NCBI RefSeq assembly: GCF_006345805.1
Contig: NC_043000.1
Span: 110,856,001-110,920,000, forward strand
Reading direction: 5' to 3'
Length of the DNA stretch: 64,000 bases
Source: Octopus sinensis
Taxonomy: Eukaryota
Shown here: one piece after another, positions 40,225-50,900 of the stretch
How positions within the stretch are numbered: the stretch's first letter is position 1
How the letters are laid out: every line of letters starts with the position of its first letter
Made by a program: the position numbers and the translations under genes
The notes under the pieces: model-generated
The model's database searches: none
The model's input: the letters and a program-made list of their open reading frames with translations, nothing else
Told to the model about the DNA's origin: nothing

Positions 40225-40391
40225 GTATATATATATATAATATATATATATATATTATATATATATATCCAGGGACCATATAATTTATAAGACGTGTGCT
40301 TATAGTGATAAATTATATCATTATTGACGATTTGTCTATTTTCGGCATATTTGACATTAGAATTTTTTTCTTTTGCCCTTGTCTATAAGTT

Positions 40392-40437
<46 letters not shown>

Positions 40438-41653
40438 TGTGTTGAACATTGTATGAGGTATTGAAAATGGTGTTGATAAAGGATGTAAATATTGCAGTGA
40501 AGGACTGGGATTGATGCAATAATGATATTCATGTCAGAGAATAGATTGACTCGGAAACTAAGCAGCGATGGAAGAAGAAAGCCAAAATAAACTGCTAAAT
40601 TAACCTCTGCAGCTTGTGTAAACACAACAACAACAGTAACAAGCACATACTTCATCAATGTGGATAATATATTACATTTTTTCTTCCATTATCCGAATCT
40701 TTTTGCAGATTCTGACCTAACAAAATATGCATCTGTAGTCATTCTATTCTGGAGATGGAAAGATCAATGAAAGAAAACCATGTAAATTGATTTGAACATG
40801 GAATGGACATTTTTGCGTCAGCTTTGGTTTTGTTGGTAGTTTTATCTTTTTTCGTATTCATAAGTCGTTATTGGAGACCCTTTTAGCTGGTATATTTATG
40901 GACTTTTCTTCAAATTTAATGTACATTTTAGCTTCTGACACAAAGATATTTTTGATTTTCAATTACTTCTGTTTTATTTCAAAGTTGTTTCTTCGTCTAA
41001 AAGATGACAATTTGTAATCTAGGAAGCAGTAAATCAGTTATCTCCCTCTATTGACCTCTCTGATGTAGTAGCTCCATTCTAATGTCCCTGGATATAACTG
41101 AATTGTTGAGGGGGATCCTGTATTTAATGAGTGCATCATGGTTTCTCTGTCAACATGTATTTTTTCAGATAATTTACAACAGTATTACTGCTTTCTAGGA
41201 AATGGTTTTTTTGATTCACCTTATAAATTTGCGCAGGTGTAACTGTGTGGTAAGAAGTTTATTTCCCAACCATATGGTTTTGGGTTCAGTCCCACTGCGT
41301 GGTACCTTGACCAAGTGTTTTTTACTATAGCCCTGACCTATAGCTACCCAGGTTTATAGCAGAAAGAAGCCTATTGTATATATGTAGATATATACATATA
41401 TATTTGTGTATGTTAGTGTCTTTTTGCCTTGACATCACATGATCATCGCAAACAAGTTCCACTGTTAGTTTTCATTTCCAATCGTCTGTGGAAACATTTC
41501 TGGAGGTACTCCAAACAAGTGAGGGTTGGTGACTCAAAGTGCACCTAGCCGTACAAATTCTGCCATAGTGAATTCTGTCTGACCCATGCAAGCTTGGAAA
41601 AGTGGATGTTAAAACAACGATGATGACATTGTAAACCCTGGTTTGACTCTGTA

Positions 41654-41692
<39 letters not shown>

Positions 41693-42120
41693 CAACCGAC
41701 TGGGTGGTTAAGCTATTCAGTTTATGATCAGGAGGTCTTGGGTTTCACTTCCAGACTGTGCAATGCTTTTCTTGTCCTTGAGCAAGCCACTTCATTTCTC
41801 ATTACCCCAACCCACTCAGCTGGGAATGAATACCTGACAGCTGCTGGAGGGAGTTTTCATCTCCTTCTACTTGTTCCATCTTAGATATTCTGCTGATTAA
41901 TGAGTGATGGTGTTGAAAGACTCTTCAAGATTGCTTAGGACCTTAAAGTCACCTTAAACCATCAGCAAAAGCAGGGACATGCTACTGAATCATTTGAGAA
42001 TGTCTGCTGTTGATTGTCTTTGTGTATATAACTAGATTCATGCCATTCTAAATCGGTCTTGGAAGTACCTTTGCAACGTTCAGTTGCATATCTCGTGTCT
42101 ACTCTCTGTAGACATGAGAT

Positions 42121-42227
42121 ATGACATCCCAAAGACACCAGCTGTGATGTCATAGAGACACATGTGGCGCCATCTGGATAGCAACTGTGACACCATTTAA
42201 CTAGCAGCTGTGACATCACCTGAGTCA
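42121..42227. promoter_or_regulatory. Candidate enhancer: E-box / TGACA cluster
   Basis: Seven CANNTG in about 85 bp; a 14-bp motif CA(G/A)CTGTGA(C/T)(A/G)(T/C)CA three times; TGAGTCA at 42221. Confidence 0.35.
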
Positions 42228-43100
42228 ACAGCATCTTTGGTATCATAGATAAATGATATAGCATCATGCTTCTTGGATAATCTGAGATGTTAAAGCAGAA
42301 GTTGCAAGTGGAGAATTGGAGTCATTAGAGCATTGGGAAGAATAGCATGTGCTCTGTGTTCTGAGTTCAAGCCTTGCGAAGGTTAGCTCTGCATTTTATC
42401 CTTTTGGGGTTTAATAAAACAAGTTCCGCTCAAAGACACTTGATTGGCAAAATTGTTAGAGCATCGAATGACAGGCCTTAAGGTATTTGTTGAGGCCCTA
42501 TGCGTTTGGAGAACAATTCCTGTGATGTATTATCACTAAGATGCTAAGATGGTGCTTTTCTTTTTGGTAACATTGGAGTTGTGCAGAGAGAAGACTTGGA
42601 TATATGGACAGTTGAGTGTCTTCTAAAAAAAAAAAAACCTTGTCTGGGCCTTCACTTATAAAGCAAAACTAAATGGTTGGCTCTCACCAACAGAGGTCCT
42701 TAATAAGATAAGTTGTAGTGATACACATCACATGGACAGACACAAACAAACATTGCACATACAATGTTATAATTTTTTTCTTCTAAATTAGATTACACAC
42801 ACACATTTAACTGCTTTCCAAATGCTTTCCATTGAGGAGGAAGTCCATTCAAACTGGTGTGGTTTTACTTAGCAATAATTACCAAGACACATTTTTCTTC
42901 TTCTATATTATATTGACTGTAGAGTTAAGACATTCACTTTGCAACCAAATGGCTTTGAGTTCAATCCCATTTTGCAATATCGTGGCAAATGTCTTCTATA
43001 GTTCTGGGTCAGTCAATGCCTTATCGATGAATTCAGGAAATGGAAACTATGGAAGCCTCTCATTTATTTCTACATTTGTGTGTTTGTGTGTGCGTATATA

Positions 43101-43131
<31 letters not shown>

Positions 43132-43132
43132 A

Positions 43133-43527
43133 CCCCATTGCTTGCGAAGACATGTTGGGGCAAGCGAAATCGAAATCGAATTGAACCAGCCAGGATCCCT
43201 GGTCTGGTGGTACGTAAAAAGCACTATCCGACTCGTGGCCGATGCCAGCACCCCCTCGTTTGGCTTCCGTGCAGGTGGCACATAAAATACACCAATCCGA
43301 CCGTGGCCGTTGCCAGCCTCGCCTGGCACCTGTGCAGGTGGCACGTGAAAAGCACCCACTACACTCACGGAGTGGTTGGCGTTAGGAAGGGCATCCAGCT
43401 GTAGAAACACTGCCAGATAAGACTGGAGCCTGGTGCAGCCTTCTGGCTTTCCAGATCCCCGGTCGAACCGTCCAACCCATGCTAGCATGGAGAACGGACG
43501 TTAAACGATGATGATGATGATGATGAT
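43133..43527 (+). mobile_element. RTE LINE 3' UTR copy
   Basis: Same UTR with internal GGCAC(G/A)TAAAA modules and a (GAT)n tail. Confidence 0.75.
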
Positions 43528-43531
43528 ATAT

Positions 43532-43565
43532 CTGTCGAAGTGCATAGGCTCGAAACGTAAAAGAC
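43532..43565 (+). ncRNA. Truncated or decayed hammerhead-like motif
   Basis: CUGUCGA-A-GUGCAUAGGCUC-GAAAC-GUA-AAAGAC. It shows GAAAC-GUA with no loop, a variant CUGUCGA core and an imperfect stem II; the 5' strand of stem I is missing. The following segment ends in a (TA)n run near 43637. Confidence 0.25.
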
Positions 43566-43798
43566 TTTCTCACTTTCCGAGTGTTAAACTAATACATGTC
43601 TTCGTCATTTGTTTTTTTTGTAAATTTTCACAAAATATATATATATATATAGGGCTGTGTAGGAAGAATTTTGCTTCCCAACCACATGATTTTAAGTTCA
43701 GTCCCACTGCGTGACACCTTCGGCAAGTATCTTTTACTATAGTTTCTGGCCAACCAAAACCTTGTGAGTGGATTTGGTAGAAAGAAACTCAAAGAAGC

Positions 43799-43848
<50 letters not shown>

Positions 43849-44508
43849 CACATACATACATAAAAAAAAATGATTTTTTCATGGCCGTTGCCAGTACCGC
43901 CTGACTGGCCCTCGTGCCGGTGGCGCATAAAAAACACCATTTCGAGCATGGCCACTGCCAGTACCACCAGATTGGCCCCCGTGCCGGTAGCACGTAAAAA
44001 CACCCACTACACTCTCAGAGTGGTTGGCATTAGGAAGGGCATCCAGCTGTAGAAACTATGTCAGATCAGATTGGAGCCTAGTGCAGCCTTCTGGCTCACC
44101 AGTCCTCAGCCAAACCGTCCAACCTATGCCGGCATGGAAAGCAGACGTTAAACGATGATGATGATGATGATGTCTATATAATTTTATATTAAGGGCAAGT
44201 GAGTAAGTACACAAGCTTAGCCACATGCTAAAAGAAGATGCCAAATGGCTCTAAACTACCTTAAATATCACAATAAACATGTGCTGAGATCGGGGGAATA
44301 AATGATAAAGATTCATGAGAAGAGAGAGATAAATATTTAAATATTTTCTGTTGAAGACATTCAGAGTGATGAGGTTTATTTACTAGGTATAAATAAAAAC
44401 CACCATGAGCTGTGCAGTAGAATTATTCTCCTAGCATGTGGCCAGGCCTCATCTGTGATCAGTAATCAAAGGCTGTTTATAGTCAGAAATGGCAAAAGAG
44501 CATCTACT

Positions 44509-44655
44509 TTATAATTCCTGATCTGGAATGAAGTCTGACTCTATCCTGTAATTAATCCAGTCTTTTTCTTTCTCTGTCATTCTCATGTCATATCGTTTCT
44601 CCATCTCCCTGCGTTCTTCTTCCAACCAATTGAATCCTTTACTTTCTCTCCTTGG
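44509..44655 (-). CDS. Candidate terminal coding exon of an unidentified gene (PRRESKGFNWLEEERREMEKRYDMRMTEKEKDWINYRIESDFIPDQEL*)
   Basis: Acceptor ctgcttctttgcacag, 48 open codons with charged, helix-like composition, then TAA; no recognised homology. Confidence 0.25.
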   Translation of the reverse strand, partial: PRRESKGFNWLEEERREMEKRYDMRMTEKEKDWINYRIESDFIPDQEL

Positions 44656-45231
44656 CTGTGCAAAGAAGCAGTTGTTTATTGTTCATTGTGAAGCATAGAC
44701 TGGAAGTTACAACTCAAGCCAAAGTGTTAGTTGCTATTCTGTGTCATATTTGTTATGTAAAGAGAAAGAGAAAATGTCATGGAAAATACCCCAAAAATCA
44801 TACTTTGTATAATCTTGTCATGAATATTTATGTACGTATGTATGTATGTATGTATGTATATGTGTGTGTGTGTGTGTATCTGTTATCTTTTTCTTGTTTC
44901 GGTCACCAGACTGCAGCCATGCTGGAGCACTGTCTTGAAGAATTCTTAGTCAAATGGATTGCTCCTAATTCTTATCTTTGCTTAAATCCGATACTTATTC
45001 CCTCAGTCTGTTTTGCCAAAACACTAAGTTACAGGGGATGTAAACAAATGAAGACTGGTTGCCAAGTGGTGGTAGGGTACAAACACACACACACATATAT
45101 ATATTATATATACATACATACACACATACATACATGCATACACTATGGGCTTCTTTCATTTTCCATTTCCCAAACCCACTGACGAGGCTTTGGTCAGCCG
45201 TCCATCTACCATGGCTCCTGCCCTGACATGT

Positions 45232-45541
45232 GAAGGCTTGTGGCTTAGTGGTTATGGTATTCAGTTTACAATCGTGAGGCCAGGAGTTCAATTCCCAATG
45301 GCATGCTGTGTCCTTGGGCAAGACACTTTATTTCACGTTGCTCCAGTCCACTCAGCTGGCAAAAATGAGTTATACCTGTAATCCAAAAGGGGCCAGTCAT
45401 GCCACATTCTGTGTCACACTGAATCTCCCTGAAAACTACATTAAGGTCTGTGGAGTACTCAGCCACATGCATGTTAATTCCACAAGCAGGTTGTTCCATT
45501 GATCGGATCACCTGGATCCCTCGTCATTGTAACTGAGTGCC
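45232..45541 (+). mobile_element. tRNA-derived SINE, family D
   Basis: Match to 16400-16722. Partial copies at 8140-8320, 41690-41840 and 60507-60650. Confidence 0.75.
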
Positions 45542-45585
45542 AGTAAAACAAACATAGTCCCAAGCTGGAGTGCTCTTGTACAATT

Positions 45586-45757
45586 AAGCTGCCGGACAAG
45601 ATAGTGAAGATGCCGATGACCGCTCGGTTCAAAGTCTCTCTTGACCAGAAATGGCCTGAACTCTTTGTATGACCACCCTCCCTGTACATAACTCCATGTC
45701 CCCCTACATGGCCTTGCTTTTGCTTTTTGAGCCAATAAAAATTGAAATTGAAATTGA
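45586..45757 (+). mobile_element. CR1/L2-group LINE 3' terminus
   Basis: KLPDKIVKMPMTARFKVSLDQKWPELFV* resembles the WN.LP..VV....FK..LD..W C-terminal motif; followed by AATAAA and an (ATTGAA)n tail. Confidence 0.6.
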
Positions 45758-46388
45758 GGAATAATGGTATGAAGAATCGTATTGAAATAGCTGTCATTTC
45801 TGTGGCTTAGACTAATATTTATGTATAAGCACTTTTAAATTTACATTCTGTCTGTGTAAGCCCTAGCCCCACCTTCACCCTGTTGTTTTCAGATTGTGTG
45901 GTTTATTATTTCTGAAATGTTATCCGTCAAGAAGAAAATACTTTCCGTCATTTGAGAATAAGGTTGCAGAGACTTTACTTTTTAATTTCTGCAAATGAGT
46001 TTAAGATATTTGTACAATTTAATTCTTAACGGGAAACTGTCAGTTGAAATGGGGAATGAAGAGAAAAGAAATCTGGTGTGCAAAGAATGCTGTTGTTGTG
46101 GGTTGATTACTTCAGGGTCAGCCCTGATCTACTTCAAGCTCAGCCTTGATCTGGCAGATTTAGGCCAAAGGGGTTTCAGCTATAATCATCCTTTCTTTTT
46201 GTCAGGTTATTCAAATGGATTTATATAGAGTTGATAAAATGAAGGACTTGAGACGAATACTGAGGTCAGTGTAATCGACTTGTCCCTTCCTCTCCAAATA
46301 GCTGGCCTTGACCCCTGCAACATACCAGAGCCCATTCAAGAGTGTTGGGATTTCCGCCACTTAAACATCATAGAAACCTGGTAATGGA

Positions 46389-46610
46389 AGGCGGCAAGCT
46401 GGCAGAATCATTAGCATGCCAGGCGAAATGCTTAGCAGTATTTCATCATTTTGAGTTCAAATTCCGCTGAGGTTGACTTTGCCTTTCATCCTTTCGGGGT
46501 TGATTAATTAAGTACCAGTTATGCACTGGGGTCGATGTAATCGACTTAATCCCTTTGTCTGTCCTTGTTTGTCCCCTCTATGTTTAGCCCCTTGTGGGCA
46601 ATAAAGAAAA
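46389..46610 (+). mobile_element. tRNA-derived SINE, family A
   Basis: Match to 533-761. Confidence 0.85.
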
Positions 46611-46689
46611 TGGAAACCTAGTAATGGATGTTATGTGTCATTGAACCTAAGAAAAATAATAACAAAAAAGTTTTAAGCTGGCATTGCCT

Positions 46690-47144
46690 GATGTGAAGGA
46701 GATTTAACTACCGTTTCTTGTAATTGGAGTGTTTGGAATGGATCTAAGGAATATGTACAACAGAACGTTGGATGAACTTCCAAGAACAAACAATGTTGTG
46801 GAAGGGTGGAACAGGAGTTTTTTTTATCAAATGCTGGTTGCTGCCAGCCAAACATTTGGAAGTTTTTAAAATATATCAAAAGAGAGCAAGCATTACAACA
46901 AGTACTTGACAGGTTTTGCTAAACAGCTATCGAGAAAGAAATATCTAAATGTTTCAGCCCATATTAATGGTGTAGTTAGCAATTATGAAAACATAAATGT
47001 GATACAATATTTGCAGGGAATGATGTACAATTTGCATTTTTACATAGTGATTTAAAACTTAATATATTAGAGAGGGGGTAATTAACCAGGCGGGCTAATT
47101 GTCCTAGGGGGTAGTTGTCCTAGTGGGGAAATTGTCCTGATACG
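46690..47144 (+). mobile_element. MULE/Mutator-type transposase C-terminal relic plus terminal repeat
   Basis: Frameshifted peptides MYNRTLDELPRTNNVVEGWNRSF, QPNIWKFLKYIKREQ and RKKYLNVSAHINGVVSNYENINVIQYLQGMMYNL match the MULE RTNN..EGW / PNIWKF pattern. They are followed by GGGG..TTGTCCT subterminal repeats (three copies). Confidence 0.75.
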
Positions 47145-48029
47145 ATTGTCTTCAATGAGTCCCATTGCTAATATCATCATCATCATCATCATTATTTAAC
47201 GTCCACTTTCCATGTTAGCATGAGTTGGGCGATTTTGACTGAGGGCTGGTGAACCAGATAGCTGCACCAGGCTCCAATTTTGATCTGGTAGAGTTTCTAC
47301 AGCTGGATGCCCTTCCTAATGCCAACCACTCCAGGAGTGGGACAGAATCTTGTTTTCAGTTTAAATAATCCTTTAAACCTGTGTTTAATTGTTTATTGTG
47401 ATGGTAAGTGGATGAGGGAGTGATCTTCTCTCATTGAGAAAAGAGTCTTATTGTGGATTAGTTAAATTAGAGTTACCTTTCTTGGAAACAGATGAGTGTT
47501 GGTGATAGGAAAAGCATCCGGCTATAGAAAAATCCAACAAATTTCATCTCACTTACACAAGTACGGGAAAAAAAATATGGCAAAAATGATAACGATGTGG
47601 ACTATTGTGTATTAGTCTGACATCAGTGCTTGGCTGATCCTTATCTTATTTGACCCTGGAAAGATGAAAGTTAAGAATCAGACCTGGTGAAGTTTGAACT
47701 CCTGAATATAAATGAACAGAGTGAAACATCAGAAAGCATTTTACTCGCCGCCGCCGCTACCACCACCACTCTACCATTTCTGTCATCTACCATTACTTAC
47801 TTCTAGCTTTGTTCTGTAATTCTTTAATTCTCCAAGAAATCTTTTGAAATCAATGGCACCAAATGGAGAAATATGACAGAAGTTTGGTATGAAAAAGCTC
47901 TTTCTGAAGATATTTGCCAGAGTTTTTGTCTTGCTTCCTCTTTTCGTGTCTCACTTGTTCTTCTAAAAGTAAAACCAAAATTATCTCCGTCTCATAACAG
48001 ATTTACTCTTCTCTACACCTCCCCCAATC

Positions 48030-48460
48030 TCTCCCCTCCCACTCTTACTCTCTCTCTTTCTCTCCACTCTACTCTTTCTCTCTATCACTTCTTCCTTTTC
48101 TCTTTCATGCTTTATTCTCCCTCTCTCTCTCTTTCTTATTCCTTTCTTCATTCTCTTCCTCGACACCTTTCTCTCTCCTTCCCTACCTACTCTCCCACCA
48201 TTTCTCTTCCCCCTCACTCAGTCTCTTCTCCCCCCCATTTTCCTCATTTTTTTACACTCCCACAATTTCTCTTTCCTTTATTATTCTCACTTCCCCACAC
48301 CTCTCTCCCACTATCTCTCACCATTTCTCCTTTCTCTCCTCCTCTTCCCCTCTCCTTTCTCTTTCTCTCCCCCTCTCCCTTCTATTTCTCTCCTCCTCTC
48401 CCTTCTCTTCTCTCCCCCTCTCCTCCTCTCCCTTCCCTTGCTCTCCACTCTCTCTCAGAC
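48030..48460. repeat. Polypyrimidine (CT-rich) low-complexity tract
   Basis: Plus strand dominated by C and T; similar tracts at 15955-16080 and 61215-61450. Confidence 0.85.
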
Positions 48461-49159
48461 ATCTCCAAAGCAAACACAGTCAGTTCCCTTTCTCATCTTA
48501 GATTCCAACTGTAATTGTCTGAGACTAGAACTATTTGTTGTTGTTCTTCTTCATCTTCTCAGCTTCTGCTTGCCATAAATATTGATCTAATCTTTTCGCT
48601 AATTCACCAGAATATTGTAAATATTGATTCGATTCCGTAAATATTGCAATTTCATCTTTTACCTCTCTTATTTATTGTGCCAAACCCACAAACTTCGCAG
48701 CCATCTGCCTCGTTAGGCTAACTTTAATTACCTTCTTTACATCATTTACTTCGTTACAGTTCAGTTGTTAAGTTTGACTTCTGTAAAAGCGTGGAGAGGA
48801 AATCTAAGTTTTTGTTTATTTTTATTTGTAGTTTTGTTTCAATTAAATTGCTTCTATTTAGGTTTCTGTTAATTACTGATGTCTAGATAGTTCGTTAATG
48901 TGTTCCAATTACTTCCAGTAAGTCTATGTAGAACTACTGAGCAGTGAATTTTTATATGTCTCATCATTTGAATAATAATATGGATGCAGTTTAATCAACA
49001 AGCTCATCAAGAGACTTGATAAGGATTTTACTTTGTTTGCCACAAGGGCAACACAAAAGATAACATTACAAGAACGAATTGACAGCAAATACTCTGCTCA
49101 ATACCACAGATTTGCTTGTCAGTTGCTTGACCTTAACCAGTTGAGCCTGTCCCTTAAAC

Positions 49160-49400
49160 AAACCTTATTCAGGGACCTTTTGAGCAGGATAGGCTACTCA
49201 ACCAGAAGAAAATTCCAACTGGGCCCCACCTGCAAAGTCATGCTCTGCTTATCTTGATATGAGATCACCATGTTGCGCACATATGGTTGTGATTCATGTA
49301 CATAATGTACCCTTATCAGATGGGTAGTCATGATGGGTATACTGGGCTTTGTATATTTTACCCCAGTGTCACTTTGATGGCATGCACTGCTCTCTCATTC

Positions 49401-49441
<41 letters not shown>
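49160..49441 (+). mobile_element. Retroposon 3' end with an (AAT)n tail
   Basis: Moderately GC-rich segment ending in about 13 AAT repeats; family not determinable and 5' boundary approximate. Confidence 0.4.
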
Positions 49442-49443
<2 letters not shown>

Positions 49444-50511
49444 TTCAGCACAAGGCCAGCAATTTCAAAGGAGAAGATAAGTCGATCACATCGACCCCAG
49501 TATTCAACTGGTGTTTATTTTGTCGATGTGGCCCTATGGCTCATCGGATCTTGTCAAACTGTCCAACCCATGCCAGCATGGAAAACAGACGTTAAATGAT
49601 GATGATGATGATGATGATAGTAATTTGGTTTCTGATTCTAGCAGCTTTGGTGTTATCCTTATCTTTGTTCCTTATCTTGTACTGAGTAGCTGCCGATCGA
49701 TTCTGAATGACAAAGAGGAATCCCTCTGGCTGCGATGTAATATATCTTATCTGCTGTTTCCACCAATTCCGCCCCCCCCCCGCCGCAATACATCTGTCTG
49801 CCCATGTTTTATCTGTCTGTTGACGTGTTGACTACTTCTGTGTCAGTTTCTTGTCAAGTAGGCCAGAATGGCTACCCTGAGGTCAAGGAGACGCTTCTCA
49901 AGATTCTTAATGCTTACTTCAATGTATGGTGTGTGTGTGTGTGTGTGCATACGTGTACACACACACACATACACACACACACACACACACGTACATTTGC
50001 AATATTTATTGTTCTTATGCTAAAGAATGCACAATGAATATTGGTTCATTGTTTCTGTTGGGTGTTTCTATGTGTATATGTGCATGTGTGTGTGTATGTG
50101 CATGTGTGTGTATGTGTGTGTGTATGTGCATGTGTGTGTATGTGCATGTGTATGTGCATGTGTGTGTGTGTGCATGTGTGTGTGTGCATATGTGTGTGTA
50201 TGTGCATGTGTATGTGTGTATGTGCATGTGTATGTGCATATATGTGTGTGTATGAGAAACACTCTATTTCTCCCTTTCTAAATGCCATCTGTGTGTGTGT
50301 GTATAATTAAATTATAACATAAACTTACCAAGCTGAAGAACTATAATTTATAATAAACCATTGTTTGTTCCATTGCAAAGGCTGCCATATTTTTCCATTT
50401 GGTAAAAAATCTGATATACCAATATATAAAACTATAGACTAACTACAAGACTTTTTCTCTCAGTAAGCTACAATCACCAAAGTGTACAGTTACGTCATTA
50501 TTTTGTATCTG

Positions 50512-50666
50512 TGGCTGTGTGGTAAGTAGGATGCTTATGAACCACATGGTTCCGGGTTCAGTCTCACTGCGTGGTACTTTGGGCAAGTGTCTTCTACTAT
50601 AGCCTCAGGCTGACCAAATCCTTGTGAGTGGATTTCGTAGACGGAAACTGAAAGAAGTCTGTCGTA

Positions 50667-50717
<51 letters not shown>

Positions 50718-50900
50718 ATATGTTTGTGTATATGTGTTTGTCCCTCCCCCCCAACATCGCTTGACAACTGATGCAGGTGTGTTTACGTCCCCGTAACTTA
50801 GCAGTTCGGCAAAAGAGACCGATAGAGACCTGGGGTCGATTCGTTCAACTAAAGGCGGTGCTCCAGCATGGCCACAGTCAAATGACTGAAGCAAGTAAAA
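50512..50900 (+). mobile_element. SINE family B, internal (TA)n(TG)n
   Basis: Match to 787-1170. Confidence 0.8.

Larger units (their letters stand above)
36705..40267. repeat. Giant compound (TA)n/(TATATG)n/(TATATATGTG)n array interrupted by the two HHR modules
   Basis: About 3.5 kb of alternating purine-pyrimidine sequence, almost devoid of C on the plus strand; includes a 1456-bp tandem duplication. Confidence 0.95.

Noticed and set aside
36677-40290. Long ORFs of 150-325 aa rich in Y/I/C/V/M (also 1089-1707, 24532-25141, 49926-50310)
   Set aside because: They are translations of (TA/TG/CA)n arrays, which lack stop codons in several frames; no protein-like complexity.
42832-43488. ORFs of 140-190 aa overlapping RTE 3' UTR and SINE copies (also 35314-35679, 59511-59942, 62123-62470)
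   Set aside because: The same peptides (LQLDALPNANHS, DTCPRCHAVGLN) recur wherever the repeats occur; they are GC-rich repeat read-throughs.
47873-48514. 213-aa S/P/L/F-rich ORF
   Set aside because: Translation of the CT-rich low-complexity tract.
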